Source: an uncultured virus (IMG/VR IMGVR_UViG_3300027801_002629) (taxonomy: Duplodnaviria > Heunggongvirae > Uroviricota > Caudoviricetes). Taken from it: a stretch of DNA of 64,000 nucleotides. The stretch lies in the IMG/VR virus record IMGVR_UViG_3300027801_002629; one strand, given 5' to 3'. The translations under genes and the position numbers were made by a program. Within the stretch, counting starts at the first letter, position 1; every line of letters begins with the position of its first letter. Below the pieces are notes generated by a model. The model did no database searches and was not told the DNA's origin. It saw only the letters and a list, made by a program, of their open reading frames with translations. Below are positions 26,789-35,791 of the stretch, one piece after another.

Positions 26789-29263
26789 CTATACAAAAAA
26801 ATTATCAAGACTTGAACGGTGTTCAGTGTCCCACCCTATTACATCTAATACACCTTTCAATGGTTCAACAAAAGCTTTGTTGAATTGTGTATCATAATCT
26901 ATATATTTTTCCAATTCAAATTCTTTAGGTAAATTATTTAATATGGAAATTACCTTATCCCCCGCCGGATTTGGGTCTTTAAGATAAACAAACTTTACCT
27001 TTTCCCCTTCTTGAATTATAGGATATTTTTTTGTAAGTTTCTTTGATCTAAGCATGTGATTATAAATCAACGAACCCTTTACATGAATTGGAGTACCCTT
27101 TGTGTAAATGCTGGCGGGATCTTTATATTTTTTTAGTCCATTAACCGATCTTGGAAACGCAATCTTTTCCATATCTAAACTAAAAAACTCTTCTTTAAAC
27201 TTTTCAATATAACTAATCACCTCATCTTCTGTACCTGAAATAATAATATTGAAAATAGCTTTCAATGACTCTCTACAAGCTTGTGGAGTAGAACTCTTAA
27301 TAGCTTCAATACCTACAATCTTTAATTTAGGTTCTTCATATCGAACCCCCTCAGAATCATGAACGTTCAGAATATAATGTTTCTTTGCTGTCCAAATACC
27401 TGTATCAGCAATGACCTCACGTTTCATGACCATCTTTTGTTGATAGGCATTTACATACTCAGCCAATTCTTTATAAGATTCTTCAATAACCCCTTCAATT
27501 CTTCCACATGCTTTGTCTAAGAAATCAACAATTTTTTCATCATCAGTAATACCAACTTTAGAAACAAGATCGCCAAGACACACATATAAAGAATCAGTAT
27601 CCATAGCAACAATATAATCCTTATTCGCCGTACCCAATGTAGTGTTTAAGTAGCCATTCACCGCATTTTCTGCCCATTGCACAGACAATTGACCAGCAAC
27701 AGAAACGGCTTCAGCATTTCGTTCATCATAATACCGAAACCATTGATTACCCATTGCACCGTAAGCGGAGTTGAGTGCGATCTTTAGGTTTTGTTGATAA
27801 TTGTAATACTGTGATAATTTATTGGGGTCAGCGTTTCTTCCCTTTTTCTGTTCTTCTAACATCAACTGCTTGTATGTAACTCTATCATTATACATACTTT
27901 CCATTAATTTAGGAAGAAACCCTTGTTTATCTTTACGATAAACCGACCCATTCGGTGTAACTGTTACATTCTTTTCTTTCCAAGTACTTGTATCAAATTC
28001 CCTATTCAATAACCCATCTACACCAATATCATCTTGCCATGTACCAAGAATAGTCTCTGGGGAAATATTGTATTGCATGATCAAATGTGGATATAGACTA
28101 TTCAAGTCAAAACTAACTATCCAATTATGTCTACCTTTTTGTGGTGCTTTCACATAAGCACCTTCATACATATCCCCCTTTTTTTCATTTTTCTTTTGAG
28201 GAATAACTACTTTTTCTTTCAAGAGATGATTATAAATGATAGAATCCCATAATCTAGTTTGAGCAAAAACATCTGTGAATGGACACTTTGCCAAATATGC
28301 TAGAGAAATAATCAATTCTAAAAGTTTCATCTTCTTTTCAAGACGATCTACTAATAACACATCTTGAATATTATATTCAATAAACTTTTGATAATCCGTT
28401 CTGTACAATTCGTGTAAAGTATTTACTTCAGAATAATCTAGTTTACGTTCACCCAATTCAACATGTGCGATATGATCTAATCTATAGGATTCTTGATTGG
28501 TATAAGTAAATTTCTTATATGCATCCATGTAGTCAATCTCAGACACACCATATATTTCATAAGTCTGAACTTCTTTTCCACCCATACCAAAAATCTTTTG
28601 TTCTTTTACAAATCCCCACGGCGATAGTTTCTTAACCCAAGCTGGCCCCAATTCTCCACGGATTCTATTAACCAAATATGGAGTATCAAATGTTTTAGTA
28701 TTCCAACCCGTAATTACATGAGGACAATTTTGTTGCCAATGCATCACAAACTGTTCTAGTAATTGACGTTCATCTCCACATTTATTATATGTAATATTTT
28801 CTTGAGTATTATTAAAATCAGAACAACCCCATACCTGAATGTCATCATTTATTTTGATTGTAATTGCGGTAACTTCTTCATGAGCATTTTCTGGATTGGG
28901 AAAACCATGTTCTGAACCAACCTCAATATCGATAAACATTATCTTGAGGTGTTCTAATTTATAATCAATAGCTTCAGGATAAGTATCAGCAATAAAAGTA
29001 TTCTTGAAATTTGTATTACCGTAGATTTTCATATTTTCTACACCCGCATACTTTTTTATTGAAGCACGAGTTTCTTTGATAGATCCCCACTGAATAGGGC
29101 CAACTAACTTATCATCAAGAGTACGCCAATCTGTATTACTAGTAGTAGGAATATATAAAGTTGGTTTGTAAGCATGTCGTTCCTCAAATGGAATTCCATT
29201 TTCGATTCCTCGTTCAAAAATGTAATCACCGAGACATACTACATCAGTATAAAATTTGGACAT
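26789..29263 (-). CDS. 43: Family B DNA polymerase (T4 gp43)
   Basis: DIEV exonuclease motif, SFDLNSLYP, KIALNSAYG, MDTDS, KKHY. Confidence 0.97.
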   Translation of the reverse strand: MSKFYTDVVCLGDYIFERGIENGIPFEERHAYKPTLYIPTTSNTDWRTLDDKLVGPIQWGSIKETRASIKKYAGVENMKIYGNTNFKNTFIADTYPEAIDYKLEHLKIMFIDIEVGSEHGFPNPENAHEEVTAITIKINDDIQVWGCSDFNNTQENITYNKCGDERQLLEQFVMHWQQNCPHVITGWNTKTFDTPYLVNRIRGELGPAWVKKLSPWGFVKEQKIFGMGGKEVQTYEIYGVSEIDYMDAYKKFTYTNQESYRLDHIAHVELGERKLDYSEVNTLHELYRTDYQKFIEYNIQDVLLVDRLEKKMKLLELIISLAYLAKCPFTDVFAQTRLWDSIIYNHLLKEKVVIPQKKNEKKGDMYEGAYVKAPQKGRHNWIVSFDLNSLYPHLIMQYNISPETILGTWQDDIGVDGLLNREFDTSTWKEKNVTVTPNGSVYRKDKQGFLPKLMESMYNDRVTYKQLMLEEQKKGRNADPNKLSQYYNYQQNLKIALNSAYGAMGNQWFRYYDERNAEAVSVAGQLSVQWAENAVNGYLNTTLGTANKDYIVAMDTDSLYVCLGDLVSKVGITDDEKIVDFLDKACGRIEGVIEESYKELAEYVNAYQQKMVMKREVIADTGIWTAKKHYILNVHDSEGVRYEEPKLKIVGIEAIKSSTPQACRESLKAIFNIIISGTEDEVISYIEKFKEEFFSLDMEKIAFPRSVNGLKKYKDPASIYTKGTPIHVKGSLIYNHMLRSKKLTKKYPIIQEGEKVKFVYLKDPNPAGDKVISILNNLPKEFELEKYIDYDTQFNKAFVEPLKGVLDVIGWDTEHRSSLDNFFV

Positions 29264-29329
29264 TTATTTTTTGGGGATTCAGAGGTGGCGATTTGTTTTA
29301 TCGTATTTACTATTAATTTCATCTAGTTT

Positions 29330-29358
29330 ATTATAACACGACTTTACGTGTTTGTCAA
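29330..29358 (-). promoter_or_regulatory. sigma70-type promoter upstream of gp43
   Basis: TTGACA-N17-TATAAT. Confidence 0.7.
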
Positions 29359-29438
29359 CCCATGTTGGTTTTGACAAAGACGCACCAATAACAAATAGAA
29401 CTTGGAGATAAGATTTAAGTCCAAATTCTATTATTTTT

Positions 29439-29930
29439 CTACGCAAGAAGGCCGGACTTATATGACGTTTTTCCATTTATTCTCAATGCTGTCATTGTTT
29501 TACTACGATTGCTCCCGTCAAGGACATATGAACAATGAATCCATCCACTATTTGGATCAACTCCGTCATAAAATTCTAGAATGAGTTGGTCAAATGTTAG
29601 ATTCTTTTCAATCCATTTTGCGAGGTTTGGATTTGAAATTCGTGTTGATTCAAAGTCTGCTGCTTGACCATTACAATGTTGACTTGTCTTTGATCCGCCT
29701 ACAGCCTTGTTCAGTGCAGGAGAACGATACCCACTGTTGATACGGATAACTCCAAATTCTTCTCTTATTGGTTGTAAGATAAAATTACAGAGATTTGTTA
29801 AATTGATAACGTGTTCTCTTGTTGCATCGTTTGATATACCCAAACGGTCAGCGGTGGAACTTTTTATCATTTCTTGATACCCAAAGTTTTTTGTCAGGTG
29901 TCCGTTATAAGTTGGTATCTTGACTGCCAT
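29439..29930 (-). CDS. Peptidase M15A (Zn D-Ala-D-Ala carboxypeptidase-like), candidate endolysin
   Basis: SGYRSPALNKAVGGSKTSQHCNGQAAD...WIHCSY. Confidence 0.9.
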   Translation of the reverse strand: MAVKIPTYNGHLTKNFGYQEMIKSSTADRLGISNDATREHVINLTNLCNFILQPIREEFGVIRINSGYRSPALNKAVGGSKTSQHCNGQAADFESTRISNPNLAKWIEKNLTFDQLILEFYDGVDPNSGWIHCSYVLDGSNRSKTMTALRINGKTSYKSGLLA

Positions 29931-29945
29931 AATATTCTCCTAAGT

Positions 29946-30245
29946 TTATTTTATTTCAACTGAGCCAGTAGTAGGATCGAATATAACTGTAAATGTTTTT
30001 TCGATTCGTTTGAGTGTTCCGTCTGCTTTGACGATAGGTAACTTACCCTCAACTGCGGCCATCAATGCCTCTTTGGCATTTTTGAATTCATGTGCGGGGT
30101 CTTCTTTTATAGCTTTGTCTAATTCTTTTTGTGCTTCTTTTGGAAGTAGATCATCTATCATACTTTCAACGTGTTCTGTTGCTAAGTCTGTAGCCTTGTC
30201 TATAACAAGACCAGAAATAACATTGAATAATAATAAAGGTAACAT
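29946..30245 (-). CDS. Hypothetical protein
   Basis: AAGGA RBS. Confidence 0.6.
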   Translation of the reverse strand: MLPLLLFNVISGLVIDKATDLATEHVESMIDDLLPKEAQKELDKAIKEDPAHEFKNAKEALMAAVEGKLPIVKADGTLKRIEKTFTVIFDPTTGSVEIK

Positions 30246-30260
30246 AATATTCCTTTTTCT

Positions 30261-30350
30261 CTATAAATCACATCCACATGGAGTTTCCTCTGAACACTCA
30301 CATGGTTCACAGGTACAATTAACACATTTACATTCTTCGTTATTACACAT
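30261..30350 (-). CDS. 29-aa Cys-rich metallothionein-like peptide
   Basis: MCNNEECKCVNCTCEPCECSEETPCGCDL: 9 Cys, four CxC pairs; AGGAG RBS 5 nt upstream. Confidence 0.75.
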   Translation of the reverse strand: MCNNEECKCVNCTCEPCECSEETPCGCDL

Positions 30351-30396
30351 TTTTTCTCCTAATGATATGGGGTTGTTTCTGTAATATTTAGTATAC

Positions 30397-30433
30397 AAAA
30401 GAGCCCACCAGTATTACAAGTATACTGGTGGGC
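30397..30433 (-). terminator. Intrinsic terminator after hsp20
   Basis: GCCCACCAGTAT/ATACTGGTGGGC 12-bp stem followed by TCTTTT. Confidence 0.8.
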
Positions 30434-30454
30434 ACACCACAAACACAAGACAAG

Positions 30455-31033
30455 TTATTTAGAACGAATTCCTGGCTTGTCTTGAGGAGCAAGACGAGGG
30501 ACTTTTGTCCACTTCTCTTCTCCTATGCGATTGAGTTCAGCCGCTGTCAATTTTTTAGTTGCGGCTCCAATAGGAATTAAACGTGCTCGTTTCTCCTCTG
30601 GAATTTGTTTCTCAAGTTCAACGGTTAACATTCCGTTAGTAAGGTTACAACCCTTTACAACAATGTCATCAGAAAGAGTAAATTTTCTTTCAAATGCTCT
30701 ACAGGCAATTCCCTTATGAACATAAGATGAGTCTGAAAGTATTTCTGTAGCCATCTCTACACCGGAATTGATTTTAGTACGAATTGTAAGGGTTTGTTCT
30801 TTCAATTCTACTTCCAAATCATCCTCATTAAAACCAGCAATCGCCATTTCAATGAAAAAGAATTCTTCTCCAGTTTTTCGGATGTTGTAGGGGGGATATC
30901 CTTGATTGTTTGTAACGTGTTGCGTAGAATCTCCAAGCAAACGGTCAAACATTGAATCGAACCCTATTGAAAATCCTAGAGCCCTTTCGAAATCCCCAAA
31001 ATTTGCAGGGACATGTGATGCGCGTAGTACCAT
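30455..31033 (-). CDS. Small heat-shock protein Hsp20 (IbpA-like)
   Basis: YPPYNIRK, IEMAIAGF, HKGIA.RAFERKFTL, NGMLTVEL. Confidence 0.92.
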   Translation of the reverse strand: MVLRASHVPANFGDFERALGFSIGFDSMFDRLLGDSTQHVTNNQGYPPYNIRKTGEEFFFIEMAIAGFNEDDLEVELKEQTLTIRTKINSGVEMATEILSDSSYVHKGIACRAFERKFTLSDDIVVKGCNLTNGMLTVELEKQIPEEKRARLIPIGAATKKLTAAELNRIGEEKWTKVPRLAPQDKPGIRSK

Positions 31034-31123
31034 AATTCCTCCTTATATAAGCGAATTATTTGAAATTCACCCCTCATACGCTGAGCGGGTGATCTTGTCG
31101 AGGTTTCCACTATGGACAACCTC
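31034..31123 (-). promoter_or_regulatory. Three-hairpin hsp20 leader, RNA-thermometer-like
   Basis: GAGGTTGTCC/GGAAACCTC, TCACCC/GGGTGA, and an AATTC-CTT/AAG-GAATT stem overlapping the SD. Confidence 0.5.
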
Positions 31124-31125
31124 TA

Positions 31126-31317
31126 TCAATCGATGAAGCCATCTCCTTTTAAGAAATGCTGACAGCGATGCTTTAAAACAATCCAAATTAATTCAGAAAA
31201 AGAATCTGCTGTATAAGTGCCAGATTCTTTTACAACTAATTTAAATTTTGTTTCCATTTCGTTTGTTTCAATTAACCAATTATTTTGTTTCATAATAAAA
31301 GAAAGGGGACTATCCAC
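31126..31317 (-). CDS. Small hypothetical protein
   Basis: Likely start METKFKL. Confidence 0.45.
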   Translation of the reverse strand: MDSPLSFIMKQNNWLIETNEMETKFKLVVKESGTYTADSFSELIWIVLKHRCQHFLKGDGFID

Positions 31318-31343
31318 TCAGTTAAGAGATCAGGTCCCCTTTC
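31294..31343 (-). terminator. Terminator-like hairpin shortly after a promoter
   Basis: GAAAGGGGAC...GTCCCCTTTC followed by TTTTATT. Confidence 0.55.
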
Positions 31344-31381
31344 AGTTGTATTTCCATAATATAAATTTCACTTACTCTTCC

Positions 31382-31409
31382 AGTATATCATACTTTTTGG
31401 AATTGTCAA
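31382..31409 (-). promoter_or_regulatory. sigma70-type promoter
   Basis: TTGACA-N16-TATACT with extended TG. Confidence 0.65.
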
Positions 31410-31413
31410 GTAC

Positions 31414-31635
31414 CTACTTCTTGGTATAAATTCCCCAAAGTACCCATACAGCGACTAAACCAACTAGGCCTTCGCTCCCGAGTGATTTAACTACATCAGT
31501 TACTGATCCAATGACATCAATGCCAAGGAAGGGAACAGCTGCTCCAAAAAGAATTTGAAGAACCACACCTAATGCGATCAACGCAAGTCCTGCTTCTGTA
31601 AGACTACGAATCCAGCCTGTTGCTTTTTCTAACAT
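31414..31635 (-). CDS. Small membrane protein
   Basis: Two or three hydrophobic helices; AGGAG RBS. Confidence 0.65.
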   Translation of the reverse strand: MLEKATGWIRSLTEAGLALIALGVVLQILFGAAVPFLGIDVIGSVTDVVKSLGSEGLVGLVAVWVLWGIYTKK

Positions 31636-31673
31636 ATATGCTCCTGTTTAAGTTAAAATATGATGTGTATTAA

Positions 31674-32273
31674 TCACACACCTGTTGAACCAAAACCACC
31701 ATCTCTATTTGTTTTTTGAGAAGGGGCTTCATCAGTCTCATCCAATGTATATTTTTCACATCGAACCAGTTCTCCTTGACATATTCTATCTCCGCTATAA
31801 ATCCGCACTGGTACATTACTGATACTTGTTACCATTACGAAAATTGGATCAACATAATCGCTGTCAATCACACCTTCGCAATTTGTGAGATAAACTCCCT
31901 GTTTAAATGCCAGTCCTGATCTTGGGTGTAACCTAACTGAAAAACCCACAGGTATATCTGCGATAAGTCCAGTTGGAATTAACATTCTTTCACTACTCAT
32001 TAACTGAATATAAGCTTTTCTTTTATTTATATCAAATGATATTCGTTTAGGTAATTGTTTAGAATGTCCTGCACTACAATATTGTATGTCTTCTCCCTCA
32101 ATTATATTTGCATGTATATCAAAACATGCTGCATGATCTGTTGCAAATATTGGAAGTTCTACAGACTCATTTAATTTAAAAAACTTTAATGATTCTTTTG
32201 TCATTGGTGATTTTGACAATGTAGTATTCTTACTCTGATTTGGTGTTTGAATTTTGCTCGTCGCTTTGCTCAT
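31674..32273 (-). CDS. dut: dUTPase (trimeric)
   Basis: ACFDI, IPTGL, PRSGLA, GVIDSDY, GDRICQ, RDGGFGSTG. Confidence 0.93.
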   Translation of the reverse strand: MSKATSKIQTPNQSKNTTLSKSPMTKESLKFFKLNESVELPIFATDHAACFDIHANIIEGEDIQYCSAGHSKQLPKRISFDINKRKAYIQLMSSERMLIPTGLIADIPVGFSVRLHPRSGLAFKQGVYLTNCEGVIDSDYVDPIFVMVTSISNVPVRIYSGDRICQGELVRCEKYTLDETDEAPSQKTNRDGGFGSTGV

Positions 32274-32673
32274 AATCTACTCTTTTATTTCCAATATTAT
32301 ATTTTGCTGTTAATACCCATTCCTCTTTTTCTTTAAAAGATAAAATCTTTAATTGATTTAATGGAACGGTTAACGTAGATGATTTTTCAGGAGATACTAA
32401 TTTTATTAATCCCCATTCAGCTAATAGGTTAGCTATGGTATTTCTTCTCGCTTGATCATTTTCTAAAAAATTGGTTGGTTTTCCATCCAATGCAAATAAT
32501 TCTTTAAAATGGACAATATAATATCGTGCCTGTTTATGTAATATATGACAAGATTGATATATTATTCTCTCTTTTCTAGATGCTACACCAATTCTTGTTA
32601 GTGTTTCTCTAATCTTTAAAAAATCTTCAGGTTCTGCTAATGTACATTCTATCATATCTTCAATGCTAATCAT
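32230..32673 (-). CDS. regA: RegA translational repressor
   Basis: EDFLKIRETLTRIGVAS, QSCHILHKQ.RYYIVHFKELFALDG. Confidence 0.95.
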   Translation of the reverse strand: MISIEDMIECTLAEPEDFLKIRETLTRIGVASRKERIIYQSCHILHKQARYYIVHFKELFALDGKPTNFLENDQARRNTIANLLAEWGLIKLVSPEKSSTLTVPLNQLKILSFKEKEEWVLTAKYNIGNKRVDYEQSDEQNSNTKSE

Positions 32674-33047
32674 TCCACTCCGCCTTCCATGAATTTACTC
32701 TTGATTTCTTCGACATCTTCATCGGATAGTAATTCTAAAGCATTCTTTGCTTTTTCATTACCAAAACCAAAATATGTTTTAACTATTTCTAAATTTTCTA
32801 TTTTCTCAGGTTTTAACCATTTAGACCACCTAGAACGTGGTCTGACATTATTTAGTAAAAAGTCAAATTGGAGTTTTTTATCAAGGAAATGGCATCTATT
32901 CATTTCATTGACTTGAATAACAGTATCTTGAAAAAAAGAAAGACCTCTATTTACAAGAAAAGGTATATAATCCTTTTCCGTAAGAGGATCATTTTTCATG
33001 ATATCTTTTGATTCGTTAATAGCTTTAATATAATCAAATGGTCCCAT
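32670..33047 (-). CDS. 62: Clamp loader small subunit (T4 gp62)
   Basis: MGPFDYIKAIN, YIPFLVNRGLS, NEMN, QFDFLLN; the ORF-track extension overlaps a tRNA. Confidence 0.9.
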   Translation of the reverse strand: MGPFDYIKAINESKDIMKNDPLTEKDYIPFLVNRGLSFFQDTVIQVNEMNRCHFLDKKLQFDFLLNNVRPRSRWSKWLKPEKIENLEIVKTYFGFGNEKAKNALELLSDEDVEEIKSKFMEGGVE

Positions 33048-33068
33048 AATGTAGTCTTTATATTCAAG

Positions 33069-33142
33069 TGGAGCGAACTGGAGGAATCGAACCTCCGTCT
33101 TCAAGATGGAATCCTGAAATATTACCACTATACGAAGCTCGC
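33069..33142 (-). tRNA. tRNA-Gly(TCC), CCA encoded
   Basis: Acceptor GCGAGCT/AGTTCGC + T-CCA; D loop AGTGGTA; anticodon arm TCAGG-ATTCCAT-CTTGA; T arm GGAGG-TTCGATT-CCTCC; 74 nt. Confidence 0.92.
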
Positions 33143-33150
33143 ATATATTT

Positions 33151-33178
33151 AGTATATCATATATTTTCTATTTGTCAA
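33151..33178 (-). promoter_or_regulatory. sigma70-type promoter for tRNA/gp62
   Basis: TTGACA-N16-TATACT with extended TG. Confidence 0.7.
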
Positions 33179-33248
33179 GAGGGGTTGAGAGGTGATGCCC
33201 ATATAAATGGTCTGCTTCAGGCTTAAAAAAGACATTCAGCACGTTACC

Positions 33249-34625
33249 TCACTTCAACCCCATTTTAGAATTCCACATATAATGTGGTTCTGAGCCATCA
33301 CTGTCACTAATATTTGGATGGTTCATCAAAGCACGTCTATACGGATTCAGTGCCATACCGTAAGGTCTATCATTACTCATCCATTCAGTTAATTTATATT
33401 TGGAAATGATTTTCTCTGTTTTTACACGTTCTACCATTTCCGTAAATCGATTGGATCTATCTGTTATACCCTTTTCTTCAGAAATTATGTCATCAAAATA
33501 AGTAAGCATTTTCTGCATCTCTATAGTATATATTAGATGTTTTTTAAGGTGAATTAGACCATCCTTCGCCATACTATTTCTATGAGACTCATTATCCAAA
33601 TATTCATTGAGTAACTGAATTGCCTCATCATTATCCTCGAAAAAATTTGCTTTGGGATTCAATTCTTTGTAGTATAAAGCATCATACATAATGTAAGGAA
33701 CGCCCTTCATAATACCGTCTGTGGAAGCAACAGACCACCCACCATACGATTGTTTTGGTGAATATCCTACACAACATCTTTGAAGTTCTTTGTAGTATCC
33801 CTCTTTATCATATTCAGTTACATATACATAGGGGCGATTAGAAACTTCTAAAAGTGGTATCCAAACCTTAAAATCTTGTCTCTGCTCCCACAACAAATCC
33901 ATAGTTTTCATAAAATTATCGAAATCTTTGTATGTTGCTGGTCTATGATTAAAAACTATTATTTTTTCATAAGGCTGTATATCTTCAATTTCTATAATAT
34001 CGACTTCTCTAATTCCTGGATGTTGTACTTCCAAAATTTTATCTAATTTTTTACAATTCCAAATACTCAGAATTTTTCCCGCTTCTTCTAATACTAAATC
34101 TTTTTGTGCTTGTGTGTTCAGATAACACCTTTTCATTTCCAACAACCCCATTAAATTGTAGGTAAAGGCGTGCATCGTAGAAACTACTACATCTTTAATA
34201 TCAAACCAATGACAATAACCTACAACTGGTGGATTGTGTGAACTAGTATTGTATAATACATTTTTAATATTGAGTGTATGTTCAGGCAAATGTGAAAATA
34301 TTAAATCAAAATCCCATTTTCTATGTCTAATAAGATTCCAATCCTTTACATCAAAGTGCATCCTCATATTTTGGGGATAACTTGGAAGATGTATTATAAA
34401 TTGATATACATTAGAAAATTCCTTAAACATTACCATATGCTTTGGCATCACCAAATAGAAAAATAGATCATCTCGGATCTTGTTCAATTCAGTAATCATG
34501 GAATATATTACTTGAATATAACTATCTTTTTCTAAATCTTTAGCATATGTAATATTAGGATAAACTAATATTCTTAGAGTTTTTTGTGGAGTTTTAAACT
34601 CCCCGTAAAAATTTTCTAAGCTCAT
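33249..34625 (-). CDS. GT-B glycosyltransferase, candidate DNA-modifying
   Basis: FSHLPEH, IVFNHR...YKD, GWSVASTDG..GVPYI; embedded in the replication operon. Confidence 0.7.
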   Translation of the reverse strand: MSLENFYGEFKTPQKTLRILVYPNITYAKDLEKDSYIQVIYSMITELNKIRDDLFFYLVMPKHMVMFKEFSNVYQFIIHLPSYPQNMRMHFDVKDWNLIRHRKWDFDLIFSHLPEHTLNIKNVLYNTSSHNPPVVGYCHWFDIKDVVVSTMHAFTYNLMGLLEMKRCYLNTQAQKDLVLEEAGKILSIWNCKKLDKILEVQHPGIREVDIIEIEDIQPYEKIIVFNHRPATYKDFDNFMKTMDLLWEQRQDFKVWIPLLEVSNRPYVYVTEYDKEGYYKELQRCCVGYSPKQSYGGWSVASTDGIMKGVPYIMYDALYYKELNPKANFFEDNDEAIQLLNEYLDNESHRNSMAKDGLIHLKKHLIYTIEMQKMLTYFDDIISEEKGITDRSNRFTEMVERVKTEKIISKYKLTEWMSNDRPYGMALNPYRRALMNHPNISDSDGSEPHYMWNSKMGLK

Positions 34626-35791
34626 CTAATAATATCCAAGGTATCAATGTTATCTGCATTCCAAAATTCCAAATTTGGCCGTATTCTACCATCTGATCTA
34701 AGTTTTTCCCATCTTTTTTGTGCCTTCTTTTTCCACCATTTGGTCAAATTGTCAAAAGAGTAGTTGTCATAATTGGGTTTTTTAATTAGTTTATCTGTTT
34801 TACCAAATATATAATCTTTAGTATTTGCAAATCCATAATCAGAAATATAGTAACGTTTCTGGGTAGTGATTGCCATTTTTTCTTTAATCAGTTGTAAGAA
34901 CTCAGCGTGCTTTGTAAGGTCATATGCCTTCAGATTATGTTTTAAGATGGAATAGATTTTATCTTGTGTTCTCATCTTAACGCTTGTAGGAATTTCTTGA
35001 TCTGTTGTATAAAGGGGTCCCCCATTTTTCGCAGCAAGAAAATCTCTTGTTTCTTTATATAATTCATCTGAAAGATTTAAGAGCATTGCACTCATGGTAT
35101 TACCCTTATGATGTATAAAAGGTTTCAGTCCATCATACTGACTTACATTTTTAATTGATCCATATAGAGAAGTAGTTTCAAAAAACAATGCTTCCATTTT
35201 CTCGTACTTCTTATTGATAACCGCTCTAAGTTCGTGGCTACAACAATATAATGCTAACAATTTTCCACCCAAACAATTATACCCAAATGGCTGAGCGGGA
35301 ACAATATTAAAACCGTTCACAAAATGTTTATTAGCAAGATCTAGTGGAGTTTTCTTAACTCCAAAATAATCGTTTCTTGGGCGGATGTTTAATACAGGAG
35401 AACCTAATTTAATAAAACCAACATATTTACCTGTATTTTTTTCTCTAATACAAAATCGTATCGATCTCCCAGGATTAGCCTCAACATTAAATGAAGCCGT
35501 GATTTCTAAAAGATGAGTATAATCTTTTCCCAAAATCTTACCTTGTTCAGGCTTATCTGTAGTAGTAACTACTTCAAACTCCATATCTTCTGGAGCAAGA
35601 TCAGGAGAATTAAATAAATCATCCTCAGGACCCACACCAAAAAGAGAAAGAGAAGTGGGTAGATTTTCTAATCGTTTTTTCTTCTTATAACGATAATATG
35701 CCTCAATGTCACTAAAAGCAGAATAATGATCATTAAACTTATCAACTATATTGAAAGTTTCTTCTTTAGTTAATTTTAAATAATCTATCAT
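34622..35791 (-). CDS. DruA/DUF4338-like protein
   Basis: PGRSIRF, GFIKLGSP, QPFGYNCLGGKLLAL, FETTSLYG..SQYDGL. Confidence 0.65.
   Translation of the reverse strand: MIDYLKLTKEETFNIVDKFNDHYSAFSDIEAYYRYKKKKRLENLPTSLSLFGVGPEDDLFNSPDLAPEDMEFEVVTTTDKPEQGKILGKDYTHLLEITASFNVEANPGRSIRFCIREKNTGKYVGFIKLGSPVLNIRPRNDYFGVKKTPLDLANKHFVNGFNIVPAQPFGYNCLGGKLLALYCCSHELRAVINKKYEKMEALFFETTSLYGSIKNVSQYDGLKPFIHHKGNTMSAMLLNLSDELYKETRDFLAAKNGGPLYTTDQEIPTSVKMRTQDKIYSILKHNLKAYDLTKHAEFLQLIKEKMAITTQKRYYISDYGFANTKDYIFGKTDKLIKKPNYDNYSFDNLTKWWKKKAQKRWEKLRSDGRIRPNLEFWNADNIDTLDIIR

Noticed and set aside
24040..29263. Introns or inteins in gp41, uvsX and gp43
   Set aside because: The ORFs are continuous and of ordinary length, with no splicing motifs seen.
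29279..29476. 65-aa ORF upstream of gp43
   Set aside because: It has no convincing start and overlaps both the peptidase end and the gp43 promoter. It may be real but is not supportable.
30455..30560. C-terminal extension of Hsp20 containing an internal AGGAG and a short GTG ORF
   Set aside because: The short ORF has no features; it cannot be distinguished from chance.
33048..33128. N-terminal extension of gp62 in the ORF track
   Set aside because: It overlaps the tRNA-Gly; homology starts at MGPFDY (33047).
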